Sequence record: NZ_CP148139.1
Reading direction: 5' to 3' (one strand)
DNA length: 64,000 nucleotides
Source: a plasmid
Under the pieces are notes generated by a model, which was given only the letters and a program-made list of their open reading frames with translations, had not been told where the DNA came from and did no database searches. Numbering within the stretch: position 1 is the stretch's first letter; the number at the start of each line of letters is the position of its first letter. Below, one piece after another: positions 43,173 through 53,067 of this stretch. Made by a program: the position numbers and the translations under genes.

Positions 43173-43716
43173 AATAAATTGCTACAACACTGAAATGACT
43201 GATGTACTTTTCAGTTTATTAAGTAATTCTGAAAGAGTTGATAATAATCCATTTGTGGTCGTCAATTCTGACAAAACCTGTTTTGTTGAAGATTTTTCCA
43301 TTATGAGAGATTTTTTCAGTGGATTGAAAGTGCCTGCTTATATATTAAGCTATAAAGAGGATTCTCAGTCTTTATATACTAAGAAAGACCCAAATTTTAA
43401 AAAATCTCTGTTGGATGTTTCATTTTTGCGTTTAACAATGCTAATTGAATCAGCAATTATTAATAGCATGTCTGGCACAGATACTAATCATTTCTTTTGG
43501 TTTAATGATTGTCAGTCATACAATACAATTAATAAGTTTTCTTTTAAGGAAATACTGTTTTCTTTGTATTCAAAGCAAATAAATATTTCTCCAATTTACA
43601 GACCTTCGATTATATCAACTAGATTAGTCGATAGTGATGGTTATCATAAAAAATATGATGATGTATTATTCTATCTTAAATCTAGAGCGCGCTTATGTGG
43701 AAAGGTGTTTAAATGA
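43162..43716 (+). CDS. Hypothetical protein, possible partner subunit (FlhD/SetD/AcaD-position) of the FlhC-like activator
   Basis: Translationally coupled upstream of the FlhC-like gene (4-nt overlap). No sequence-level recognition. Confidence 0.3.
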   Translation: MNNKINCYNTEMTDVLFSLLSNSERVDNNPFVVVNSDKTCFVEDFSIMRDFFSGLKVPAYILSYKEDSQSLYTKKDPNFKKSLLDVSFLRLTMLIESAIINSMSGTDTNHFFWFNDCQSYNTINKFSFKEILFSLYSKQINISPIYRPSIISTRLVDSDGYHKKYDDVLFYLKSRARLCGKVFK

Positions 43717-44273
43717 AATTAACTATTGCGCCAGAAGATTATCAATTAGCAATTGATATGATAAAACTTGGATTTAGAAAGAATGTAATATTGTCTGAGA
43801 TTCCAGCAATATCTCCACGTATGTATGGATGTTTACGAAATGATTCAGGAATTGATAATGAGGATAATGATTTTACGTTAGGACGACTAAGAAAAATTAG
43901 CACTATATTAGCTAATCAACATGATAAACGATCTGCTACTGATTTTTTACATGTATATTTAATGACTGCACAAGATCCAGAAAATAGATTGCAAATAGAA
44001 GAATTGGTTGGTGCTTATAAAGCATACCGCCATTTATTTAATGTTCATTGTGGTTTCTTTGATGATCCATTAAAGAAACACATAATTGATCCGAACTTGG
44101 CATGGCAAATTGCAACCAATTACCGAAATGGAATAATTGGTTTAACTGGCTGTTTTGAGTGTCGGCAGAAATATATCTATCTTACACACGAATCAGAGGA
44201 TTCCTGCAATATGAAATGTCCTTATTGCTCTGAATCTAAAGAAAATGAATTCATTAATAATAAGGGTGAATAA
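43713..44273 (+). CDS. FlhC-like transcriptional activator (SetC/AcaC-family master activator of transfer genes)
   Basis: The N-terminus AIDMIKLGFRKNVILSEIPAISPRMYGCL parallels FlhC [29 protein letters not shown]. The C-terminal four-Cys zinc site CFECRQ...CPYCSES parallels FlhC CNCCGGNF...CSLCQ. Confidence 0.5.
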   Translation: MKLTIAPEDYQLAIDMIKLGFRKNVILSEIPAISPRMYGCLRNDSGIDNEDNDFTLGRLRKISTILANQHDKRSATDFLHVYLMTAQDPENRLQIEELVGAYKAYRHLFNVHCGFFDDPLKKHIIDPNLAWQIATNYRNGIIGLTGCFECRQKYIYLTHESEDSCNMKCPYCSESKENEFINNKGE

Positions 44274-45112
44274 TGAAAAGTTGTAAAATGATTACAGGAA
44301 TTCTATTTTCATTAGTGTTATCCGGCTGTGCTAATAATGAAAATAGTAATTGGATATATAATAATGAGGCTTCAAAACCAGTGGTTGAAAATGGAAGTGA
44401 AGCTCTCAAAATTGCTAAATCAATAGGGTTGAATAATCTAGATGATGATGCGGATAATTACACAATCTTTGCTGTGTTAGTACCAAGTCAGAAAGGAAAT
44501 TCATTAAAAAAAATTAAGGAACCTATTGTTGTAAGCGATACAAAAGGGATGGATCAGTTAAGAGAAATCATCTCACAAAGTAAGAATGCAGTAAATGTAG
44601 TGGATCTTACCCTTGCTGCAACAGTAAACCCTGTTTTTGGGCTCTTAGCTTTTGATACAAGCACACCAGAAGAACGAGCGCCTATGATGGAAGGTCGTTT
44701 ACTAGTAACCGAATGGGGATCTACACCGCTGAGTTTCAGTGACCAACTTTTGAAAACGAAGCGTATTAACTCTGTCTTTGATAAATACTTATCAAATGCA
44801 ATTAAAGCTGAAGTGGCTGGAAATGTTTTAGCATGTAACGCTGCTAAATTTGTATCTGTTACTGAAAATAGAAATATTTCCGATCAGAATCTATATGTAA
44901 ATGTGCATCAAGCACCATTCACTAATCTGAAGTATTCATATAATTATACGGATCATGAGTGTGTTCATTATTTACACGATACTGGTAGGTATGAGGAAGA
45001 ATTCAAGAAAATTAGTGTTGAGTTAGGTCCTGAAACCGTACTGTTTTTGCCGAGCAATTTGAAAAGTGAGCCAAAAATAATACGGAATGGTCAGGTATAT
45101 AAATTTAGATAA
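44273..45112 (+). CDS. Lipoprotein (279 aa; lipobox LSGC)
   Basis: Signal peptide MKSCKMITGILFSLVLSGCANN. Confidence 0.5.
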   Translation: MKSCKMITGILFSLVLSGCANNENSNWIYNNEASKPVVENGSEALKIAKSIGLNNLDDDADNYTIFAVLVPSQKGNSLKKIKEPIVVSDTKGMDQLREIISQSKNAVNVVDLTLAATVNPVFGLLAFDTSTPEERAPMMEGRLLVTEWGSTPLSFSDQLLKTKRINSVFDKYLSNAIKAEVAGNVLACNAAKFVSVTENRNISDQNLYVNVHQAPFTNLKYSYNYTDHECVHYLHDTGRYEEEFKKISVELGPETVLFLPSNLKSEPKIIRNGQVYKFR

Positions 45113-45117
45113 AAAAA

Positions 45118-45146
45118 ATCCCGCTAATAAGCGGGATTTTTTTTAT
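45118..45146. terminator. Bidirectional terminator (aaaaaaaatcccgctaataagcgggattttttttat) between the lipoprotein gene and traN
   Basis: Perfect hairpin cccgct/agcggg flanked by A-run and T-run. Confidence 0.65.
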
Positions 45147-47918
45147 CTATTCATCTTTAACACTTAACCTTGTTTTCGCTCTTTGTCTAACTTCTTCTAA
45201 ATCTGTACCTTCAACCCCTCTGGTAAATCGCTCGACAGAGTTTACTCGCTTTCCATCAGCATTGAGTGTACTTCCAGAACCCGTATATTTATCGAGGTCA
45301 AATTCTTTGAAATCAGGAAGCATGTCGGCTTCTTTAAGAGTTGCGGTCCATTCAGAAAAGTCTATTTTGGTGAAGTCTACTTTATCCATATCTGCTAATG
45401 TAATTCCTTCACAATTCGGATTTTTTGTATCACCGTATCCTATTGTTCCTCTAACGTGCTCAGTGATTATTCTGGCTACCTGAGAGTTATACGCACAGTA
45501 GCTACTTTTCTTTTCGATACATGCGCCAAGGACCTTCTTAGAACACCAACTGTCTACCTTTGTCGCTAACTTAGTTTCTTTTTTGATTGCCAGTTTGAAT
45601 TCTTCATCGGTACAAGCCCATATAATATTCACCAATAGGTTTGCCATTTGGTATGCCAAGTATGCATATCCGACAACTGACATGGCTGTTGTGATCGTTG
45701 ATGAAAGTTGCACTACTGAAGCACCTGAGCTAGCCCCTCCGTTTTCTGCTAATGATTGAGTTGCAGTTTTTCCGCCTTCAGTAGCTGCGGATTGGAAAAT
45801 AGCGTTTGTAACAGCCTCACCGAAGGTGTTTGCAGTCCATTCGGCAACTTTGGTTGTTAGGTTGTTAAGCGCTGCTGTTGTCATCGAGACAACGCCTTTT
45901 TCAGCGACTCCTTGAGCTACTTCAGCACCGGCATTTCCAACAAAAGAGTTAAAAGCGGAAATAGCAGGTTTTGTAATAGCTTCCACCGCATCCATAGCTG
46001 CTGTGCTTGCCATATCAAATAAGCCTACACCACCATCAAACAACCCTGCTTCTATCGCTAAGGCATCTGCCGCTCTCATAGTCATCATTGAAAGCTGTAC
46101 GTATTCTATCCAGCTCACACCGACCGGTTGATCACAACAATCTACCCATCCTCCCATTGCCGTTCGGCATGTCAGAGCTTCACCTTTGAAAATGACACAT
46201 TGCTCTTTATTCAAAGAAGATTCACCGTTGTTTGCTTCTTCTGCATCAGCACAATTCGTATCTGCCAATGCAAAAGATGCCGCATTCAACATAGCAGCCG
46301 CTGTTGCAAAATCACCATTCTCTTGAGATGAAGGACGTAAACATGATCCATTTAGACATTGTACAGCGCCGTCACAAATTAGCTTTTCATGGACTGCGCC
46401 ATTATTAAAGGTAACATCTTTTCCACAATCCCATGTTTCACTAGATTGCCAGCAACCAGCAATATCACCTTCTTTTCCTGTTAAACATTGAGATTTTATA
46501 AACGAACAACCTTGCTTCTCGTATTTCTTGCATGTGTTGTTTACCCCATGCTCTTTACCGCAATGCGTGATCACTTCTGCTCTCTTACAGAATGGTGATA
46601 TTTTATCTAACGGAGGTGGTACGAAGTCCTCTTTACAGAGTTTGACACCATCTATGACAGCACAACCGTCTTTATCGGGGATTATTGTGTCATGACAAAC
46701 AACAGTGTAATCCTGACAAAATCCTTCTTTAATGGCTTTTACAGCCTTGTTAAATTCACTTTGCTGTGGCGAGCTCCAGACATCATTAGTAAGTGCTTTT
46801 TTCTTATCAAATTGAATGCGTAATTGTGCAAAGCCTTCACCTGCACCGGTTACTGATACTCTGTTTTTAAAAAATACCTCATCATTCGGTTGGACTTTAC
46901 TAAATTTTTCAGTCACATCAACATTTAACTGCTGATCCCAACTCGTTGAAAGTTCGCACCGACCAGGAGTTTCAGGTGGAAAAACATCTTTTCCGTGTGG
47001 TCCACCCCATACCTGTTCAAGATCAGTGCTTGTACCAGCATAGATTTGCATGTAATCATCCCATTTAGCGCGGGTTATTTTTGCGCTAATAACAGCGGTT
47101 GGGTTAATAACATTCACAGACATATAATCTTCAAATATTCGGCAGTTACCTTTCCAATAGTCATCACCTACTTTTCCTAACCAGATATCAACACATGTCT
47201 CACCACAGGTTTTAATATTTGCAGGACCTGAATTATGAGATACCAAACCTGCTAAATATGGATGATTAACTATGTAACCACCTGTCACATCGACTGTTTT
47301 TGTGCATTCCTTATAATCAGGTATGTGCTTTTTATCTACATAATCCTCAAATACCTGTTTTGTTTCGCATTTTGAAATAGCATCGGAATATTTTTTTTCA
47401 TTTGAGAGAAAATCGTTATGAACATTAAAAACATCATCATCTTTGTTAATGTCAATTGAGGAGTGACGGGATGCCCCTACTAAAGTTCGGTATGCCTCTC
47501 CTTTGGGGCTTTGTTCTGTTTTCAGTTTTTTTGATTCATGAAACCCAATTTCATTTGTTTTGCTATCATTGCCATAGACGTTTGATACATCATCTACCCC
47601 CATAGCAAAGCTGTCTTTATAATAAATATTGTTAAAATTGACAGATTCACCTTTACCAAATTGTGAAGTACCTTTCGAATCTACATTTAGGCTTGGTAAT
47701 GTTTTATAAAAATTTAAAGCCTCTTTAGCTGTGTCATGACCAGCAGTAACTCCCTCCAGATTATTTTTATCTGTCTGATATTTACCTGTGTTTTCTGGAG
47801 GTTTTGTCGAAACTTCAGCAAATGAGTTAACGGGTGTTATCATCACTGAGAGATAGGCTATTAGTGATAAATGTGTCACCACCGAAGAAAAATTTCTTCT
47901 CCTAAAATTTTGAATCAT
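45147..47918 (-). CDS. traN: TraN-like mating-pair stabilisation outer-membrane protein (Cys-rich, 923 aa)
   Basis: Signal peptide, a large size, and a very Cys-rich C-terminal half (more than 30 Cys), as in F/SXT TraN. Context is with traG/H/F. Confidence 0.65.
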   Translation of the reverse strand: MIQNFRRRNFSSVVTHLSLIAYLSVMITPVNSFAEVSTKPPENTGKYQTDKNNLEGVTAGHDTAKEALNFYKTLPSLNVDSKGTSQFGKGESVNFNNIYYKDSFAMGVDDVSNVYGNDSKTNEIGFHESKKLKTEQSPKGEAYRTLVGASRHSSIDINKDDDVFNVHNDFLSNEKKYSDAISKCETKQVFEDYVDKKHIPDYKECTKTVDVTGGYIVNHPYLAGLVSHNSGPANIKTCGETCVDIWLGKVGDDYWKGNCRIFEDYMSVNVINPTAVISAKITRAKWDDYMQIYAGTSTDLEQVWGGPHGKDVFPPETPGRCELSTSWDQQLNVDVTEKFSKVQPNDEVFFKNRVSVTGAGEGFAQLRIQFDKKKALTNDVWSSPQQSEFNKAVKAIKEGFCQDYTVVCHDTIIPDKDGCAVIDGVKLCKEDFVPPPLDKISPFCKRAEVITHCGKEHGVNNTCKKYEKQGCSFIKSQCLTGKEGDIAGCWQSSETWDCGKDVTFNNGAVHEKLICDGAVQCLNGSCLRPSSQENGDFATAAAMLNAASFALADTNCADAEEANNGESSLNKEQCVIFKGEALTCRTAMGGWVDCCDQPVGVSWIEYVQLSMMTMRAADALAIEAGLFDGGVGLFDMASTAAMDAVEAITKPAISAFNSFVGNAGAEVAQGVAEKGVVSMTTAALNNLTTKVAEWTANTFGEAVTNAIFQSAATEGGKTATQSLAENGGASSGASVVQLSSTITTAMSVVGYAYLAYQMANLLVNIIWACTDEEFKLAIKKETKLATKVDSWCSKKVLGACIEKKSSYCAYNSQVARIITEHVRGTIGYGDTKNPNCEGITLADMDKVDFTKIDFSEWTATLKEADMLPDFKEFDLDKYTGSGSTLNADGKRVNSVERFTRGVEGTDLEEVRQRAKTRLSVKDE

Positions 47919-48076
47919 TTTCTTTCCTCATGGTTTTCAGATCATCACATGATAAACACCTTACATTTTTGTTTTTCAGGATAAATACTTAGAAAAGGGT
48001 TCTATTTAGCATGTAATTTTTTATCAAATAAGGTATGATTTGATGGTATATAAATTAATCAGTTGAGGGGGGCGAT

Positions 48077-48331
48077 ATGTCTTTTAATCACGGTTTCATA
48101 TACAGACGACCGCGTTATTATCACTTCACCCGTTCGTGTAAGTGTCATGCGGAGAGAATGCAAAAAACAGAACAACAAGCCGCAGAACAGCGTCAACATG
48201 ATATTGATTTATATGGCTCTGCTTATGTTAGGAAGCGTGAAAACGGTTCTGGTTTCGGTAGTTTTTTAGAAGATTATGGATTAGGTATTGCTATCGTCGT
48301 TTTTCTGGTGTTTTTTTTAATGCCAATTTGA
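48077..48331 (+). CDS. Small membrane protein (84 aa, C-terminal TM) on the strand opposite to tra genes, between traN and traG; entry-exclusion candidate
   Basis: Strong RBS gaggggggcgatATG. C-terminal hydrophobic helix LGIAIVVFLVFFLMPI. Confidence 0.4.
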   Translation: MSFNHGFIYRRPRYYHFTRSCKCHAERMQKTEQQAAEQRQHDIDLYGSAYVRKRENGSGFGSFLEDYGLGIAIVVFLVFFLMPI

Positions 48332-48389
48332 GTAACGCTGATCATAAAGATAAGGCAAAAACACAATGTTTTTGCCTTTTTTATATCCG

Positions 48390-51300
48390 TTATCGTGGTT
48401 TAATTTGTTCTACTCTTGGCATTGGATTACCTTTTGTAATAATTGCTTTATCTTCACCAGAACCTTCTGATTTTTCTGGTTTTTCTGGTATAGAACTAGG
48501 TGAGAGATCAGTACCGGTAATTATATCTCGACGACTTCTTTGAGGAATTTGATTGCCGTTACCACCAGCTAATGTGTTGTTGGTAATGTTTAATTGAGTA
48601 TTTCCAGACCCAGTTCTTGCTTCAATTTGCACATTATTAAGTGCGCTGTAAAGTTGGTCACGGCTAGCATTACCACCATTTTCATAATATGTATTTGCGA
48701 AATTTGTTGCTGCTTCATTAATTTGATTAATAGAGGTGGAATTTTTAGCAATAGCTGCATATTTTGCCAGACCGTCAGTAATATTGTTGGACTGCTCATA
48801 CGGCATAGTTGCAGCGTTTACTGACTTCATAGAATTTAAATTTGCTGTTGTATCTGATTCTATATTGTTTTGGTCTGCACCCACGTTACTAACTGAATTG
48901 GTCAATGCATTCATGCTAGTAGCAACACTTGTACCTTCATTTGAAATTATTCGAGAACTATTTTCTGATACCGAGCTACCATGTAATTGCTCTCTAGCTC
49001 TCCTAGATTCTGAATAATGCTCAGCCATACCTAGTCCTGCATTATTTTTGGCTGACTCATCTTCTATATTAGCCTGTTGGCTGTTTAGGTACTGTTGGGC
49101 TTGAGCAGTTGTATTAACGAACTTGGTATTAACAGCCCCCTGATTATTCACAATATTTTCTTGAACTTTTGTCTCTGTATTTTGTGCAACATTCATGTTT
49201 CTACTTTCTTCGCCATTCATTGCACCGGTAGGGTTTGTTGCAGGACCGAACAATTCGCCAAAGTGATTAGCTAAACCACCAGTATCATTTGCCGCATATA
49301 TTGTCGCAGCGCTTTCTGCATCTGAAGCTCCCATAATGGAACTAAGCTGCTGTTGGTATTCTTTTTTTCTGTTTTGAAATTCATCATTACTTAGGTTTTC
49401 GTTATTGATTTTGTCTATAACATTACTGTTTTCATTTGCTAAAGTTGCCACCTGACCTGCGGTATAAGACTGTTTGGTAGATACTGAATTATTCGCAGAA
49501 ACAGTATCACTATATGATTCTTGTGCTGTTTCTGCTTGTGAAGCGGCTTGTCGGATGCTTTGAGCAAGTTGTGCTGTTTCTTGAGTACCACCATGTTTAT
49601 CAAGCTGATCCGCAATGTGTTCAGCAAATTGAATGTTATTAGATACACTAGTTGCGTCATTCGTTGCAACAGAGTCATTTGTCATTATGCCGGTTGTTTG
49701 AGCTCCGGAATTACGGTGAATATCGGAGGATTGAGCGCTAACGGCAGTGCTACCACCAATAGAAACTCCTTTACCACCAGCACCACCCGTTTCTGGAGAA
49801 CCTACACCCATACCACCTGATACGCTTGCGTCACCGGATAAAGCCGTAATTTTGGCACTCTCATCAATAGTGGAAGATGTATTACCAGTTGTGAGCATCG
49901 AACCACTATTGGATGAATTGCTAACTGTATTGCTCAAACCTGTATCACTATTGATGGTAGATCCGTAGTTATGAGATGTATTTATCCCCATAGAACTCAA
50001 AGAACTAACACCTTTATCAATAGCAGAAGTTAAAGTTTCTTGAGCTGTAATATTTCTGCTGGAAGCAGATTGTATAGCTTGTTGTCGCGTATTTGATAAG
50101 TCCAGTTTTGGAGCAGTGCTATTCCCGCCAGTTATCGTTGATACTGCATTATGTGCTGATTGTTCAGTAACTGCTGATTGCTTGTGTAAAGCAGGAGAAT
50201 CAGTAGCATCTGGAGTCATTGGTGACGTATCAGGAGCACCAGTTGTTGATAGACCTTTTGTTAATCCCGTGAAAGCATAAGAGGAACCAAACACCACAAA
50301 TGCGCCCAACATCGGTACTGATGCCATCATGTGCCCTGCTATGGCGATATTTTTCTGTGTAACAAATAACAAATGGTATAAATCGGAGAAACTAGAAGCA
50401 CCAGAAACCAGCACTGAGATATCAGACTGTGTTTTAGTTAACATAATAGCGTTCATGATCGCCAGCAACGGTTGCCATGTTTGAATCCACAAAAGCACCA
50501 GAACGTATTTAAGGCTCAAACCTACGCCCATTAATCCGAATGCTAAAGCGAAGGCAACAAATGGCACCAGACCGTATACAGCCGCCTGTATAAAAGACTG
50601 AAGATACTGAATCCAAATTAGAAATGACGAACCTTCAGACGCCCATTTGAATGATTGTTGAATTTGCGACTGTGATTTAGCAACTGCCGCATATGAGTGA
50701 TAGGCGTTTTCATTAGCGGTTTGTGGCATATTAACAACGAATGGGTACATTAATAGCTGTGCTTGAAAATCCCGTAGGTTTTTCCCAGTTGCTCCAAAAA
50801 ATGTCATTGCTTCAGTCATGGTTTTGTTTGCAAAAGGCAGTGAACACTGGTTCTTTGAGCCATATGTTTTACATTTTTCACTAAACCCATTTCTTACACT
50901 GAGCACACCTTTACCGATTGAGTCAGCTTGTCCGCCAACCATAAGCCTGATACTTTTCATTGCCTCAAGACAGGACACATCATCAACTTTACCGTTTACT
51001 TCAATGGCAATAGTTCTGTTCGGGCTTGTTGCTAGTTGATCATCAAATGGCTTATTCATGATCCCCATGAAACTTTGAGCCCCTCTTGCAATATCAAATG
51101 CAAGACATTGATTTGTGTAAACCTTTATAGCTTCCTCTAAGTGAGCACTTTTGCTATCGCCACTGGACCAAATTAACGGATCTCGCATTGCATCAAACAT
51201 TGATGCAAGGGTATACAATGGGTCAACGGGACCGTTTTCAGTCATGCTTGGCATTGAAAATGCCTGTTCCATTTTTCGTGTAAACTGATAACCAGTATTG

Positions 51301-51623
51301 CTGATAATTGATGCTGTAAAACCAACACCGAAAGGTACATTATCAACAGCCCGTACTTCGCCGGTTGTAACATCTTCAATCGTGACTCTTGTTGTAACTT
51401 GAAAGAAGCATAAAAATAGAACTACTGATACGGCAGCTTGTTGAAATGCTATGGTTTTACCACCATCAGCGGCAGATTTTATTACATATCCGATGATAGA
51501 TAACAAAAAAGCGATTTTAAATGATCCTGCCAAGACACCATCGTTACTGAGCATACTAAGCCCGTTAAACACCATTGAAAGCGCCGAAGCTCCACCAGAT
51601 GATGTGTATACGTGAAAATCCAT
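48390..51623 (-). CDS. traG: TraG-like mating-pair stabilisation / entry-exclusion inner-membrane protein (1077 aa)
   Basis: N-terminal polytopic domain with YVLVLLWIQTWQPLLAIMNAIML, matching F TraG GYVFALMWLQTWPLLYAILNSAMT. Long S/T/N/Q-rich C-terminal domain. Confidence 0.8.
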   Translation of the reverse strand: MDFHVYTSSGGASALSMVFNGLSMLSNDGVLAGSFKIAFLLSIIGYVIKSAADGGKTIAFQQAAVSVVLFLCFFQVTTRVTIEDVTTGEVRAVDNVPFGVGFTASIISNTGYQFTRKMEQAFSMPSMTENGPVDPLYTLASMFDAMRDPLIWSSGDSKSAHLEEAIKVYTNQCLAFDIARGAQSFMGIMNKPFDDQLATSPNRTIAIEVNGKVDDVSCLEAMKSIRLMVGGQADSIGKGVLSVRNGFSEKCKTYGSKNQCSLPFANKTMTEAMTFFGATGKNLRDFQAQLLMYPFVVNMPQTANENAYHSYAAVAKSQSQIQQSFKWASEGSSFLIWIQYLQSFIQAAVYGLVPFVAFALAFGLMGVGLSLKYVLVLLWIQTWQPLLAIMNAIMLTKTQSDISVLVSGASSFSDLYHLLFVTQKNIAIAGHMMASVPMLGAFVVFGSSYAFTGLTKGLSTTGAPDTSPMTPDATDSPALHKQSAVTEQSAHNAVSTITGGNSTAPKLDLSNTRQQAIQSASSRNITAQETLTSAIDKGVSSLSSMGINTSHNYGSTINSDTGLSNTVSNSSNSGSMLTTGNTSSTIDESAKITALSGDASVSGGMGVGSPETGGAGGKGVSIGGSTAVSAQSSDIHRNSGAQTTGIMTNDSVATNDATSVSNNIQFAEHIADQLDKHGGTQETAQLAQSIRQAASQAETAQESYSDTVSANNSVSTKQSYTAGQVATLANENSNVIDKINNENLSNDEFQNRKKEYQQQLSSIMGASDAESAATIYAANDTGGLANHFGELFGPATNPTGAMNGEESRNMNVAQNTETKVQENIVNNQGAVNTKFVNTTAQAQQYLNSQQANIEDESAKNNAGLGMAEHYSESRRAREQLHGSSVSENSSRIISNEGTSVATSMNALTNSVSNVGADQNNIESDTTANLNSMKSVNAATMPYEQSNNITDGLAKYAAIAKNSTSINQINEAATNFANTYYENGGNASRDQLYSALNNVQIEARTGSGNTQLNITNNTLAGGNGNQIPQRSRRDIITGTDLSPSSIPEKPEKSEGSGEDKAIITKGNPMPRVEQIKPR

Positions 51624-51642
51624 TACTGATTACTCCGATTGA

Positions 51643-53052
51643 TTATTGGGCGTTCACACCATCTGGAACGTGAATTGGTTTCGTACCGACCATGAATGTA
51701 TTAAATATTTCGTTTATTCTGACTAAACCACCATGCTTAACAATGTAACCATCATGTATTTGTCGAAGGGTTACTTTTGCATCTCGTATCATTTCACGCT
51801 GTTTTTTGATATGAGCAAAAATAGGTTCCTCATTGTTTTCTATAATTCTATCTGCACTGCTTTCTGCGACAGTTAACATATCGTTTAAATATACGAAGGC
51901 TGCTTCATAACTAATTATTTCAGATATATTTCTGTAATAGTGCATTGCTCTAGTAGTATCTTGACCTTCTATTAATTTGTAACCATTAGTGACAGCCCCA
52001 TTAACATTGAAAAACAATACTTTTTGCTTTATGTTTTCAGCAGGTTTCTCATTGCTTATATATTTTTGAAGATAGTTATATTTTTCAAATATATCTAAGA
52101 ATTGAGTCTGAAGCCCATCAACCTTAATTTTCTTCGGTGCTGGAGCTATGCAGGTGTCTTTTGATGTACCACAGCCATAGATTTGAACATTTTCTTTTTC
52201 TTTTGAGCCTTTCATCAACAGTTCATAGACTTCCTCAATAGGGATGGGGGCAATTGTTTGGTGCAATATGGGAGTGGATTTGTCATTAGATTGTGTGGCT
52301 TCTTTTACAATAACCATACCAGTCAAACTCATAACTAATTCTTTTTGTTCGTCAGTAGAATTTAAAAATCCACTATTAAATCCACCTTTACTTAATAAAC
52401 ACCACATTACATTACCGTAGTGAGTACACGGTTTTGTTAAACCGGCTTTTTGTGCTGCCATCATTGGCGGTTGTTTACCTAACACCTCGGATTTATAGCT
52501 ATTGAATGAATCCTGAATACCTTTTGACGAAAGCTGTGCAGACACTGACGTTTTCATTTCTTCGCTAATTGCACCTGCCATATCTACCATTAAACCTTTT
52601 GATAATTGACATGAGTTGGCGGTGTATTCATTCAGCTTTTGTATGATGGATTGTAGTTTTGATAATTCCCCTCCCAGTACGGCATCCATAGCGTTAATAG
52701 CCAACTGAAATGCCAGACCGACAGAATTAGCCGCGATATTTCGGAGCAATTGAATAAATTCTTCCGTGTTAATGAAACTGAATGACCCTGCAAAGAAATC
52801 AATACCGGCACACCCACCAGACGCTTTAGGTAACGTTACGTTAACGGGTGTAAGGGTTCGTAGTTGATTACGGACCACGAAGCCCCCTCCTACGTACCCC
52901 TCGCGAGTAACACTCTTATAAGAACCACCGCTGGTTGTGTTCGACATAGAGCCAAACATCTTATTTAATTGCTCGTTTACATCAGCGGATTGACTAATAG
53001 GAGTAAATCCGAAAAGAGCTGTAACAACCAAACTTAATAATGTCTTTTTCAT
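51643..53052 (-). CDS. traH: TraH-like conjugal pilus assembly protein
   Basis: GYVGGGFVVRNQ...PKASGGCAGIDFFAGSFSFINTEEFIQLLRNIAANSVGLAFQLAI parallels F TraH GYYSGGSLVVRT...LKAGCGGIDAFLGSFSHINGDQFQQMLRNIGNNALTYGFQLAL. Confidence 0.8.
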   Translation of the reverse strand: MKKTLLSLVVTALFGFTPISQSADVNEQLNKMFGSMSNTTSGGSYKSVTREGYVGGGFVVRNQLRTLTPVNVTLPKASGGCAGIDFFAGSFSFINTEEFIQLLRNIAANSVGLAFQLAINAMDAVLGGELSKLQSIIQKLNEYTANSCQLSKGLMVDMAGAISEEMKTSVSAQLSSKGIQDSFNSYKSEVLGKQPPMMAAQKAGLTKPCTHYGNVMWCLLSKGGFNSGFLNSTDEQKELVMSLTGMVIVKEATQSNDKSTPILHQTIAPIPIEEVYELLMKGSKEKENVQIYGCGTSKDTCIAPAPKKIKVDGLQTQFLDIFEKYNYLQKYISNEKPAENIKQKVLFFNVNGAVTNGYKLIEGQDTTRAMHYYRNISEIISYEAAFVYLNDMLTVAESSADRIIENNEEPIFAHIKKQREMIRDAKVTLRQIHDGYIVKHGGLVRINEIFNTFMVGTKPIHVPDGVNAQ

Positions 53053-53067
53053 TACGAAATTAGCCTT

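Noticed and set aside
48063-48269. 68-aa ORF in an alternative frame overlapping the eex-candidate
   Set aside because: The 84-aa frame at 48077 has the strong RBS and the TM helix. The 68-aa frame is the weaker alternative.
48594-49968. Plus-strand ORFs (73-93 aa) inside traG
   Set aside because: Antisense to traG within its low-complexity C-terminal coding region.
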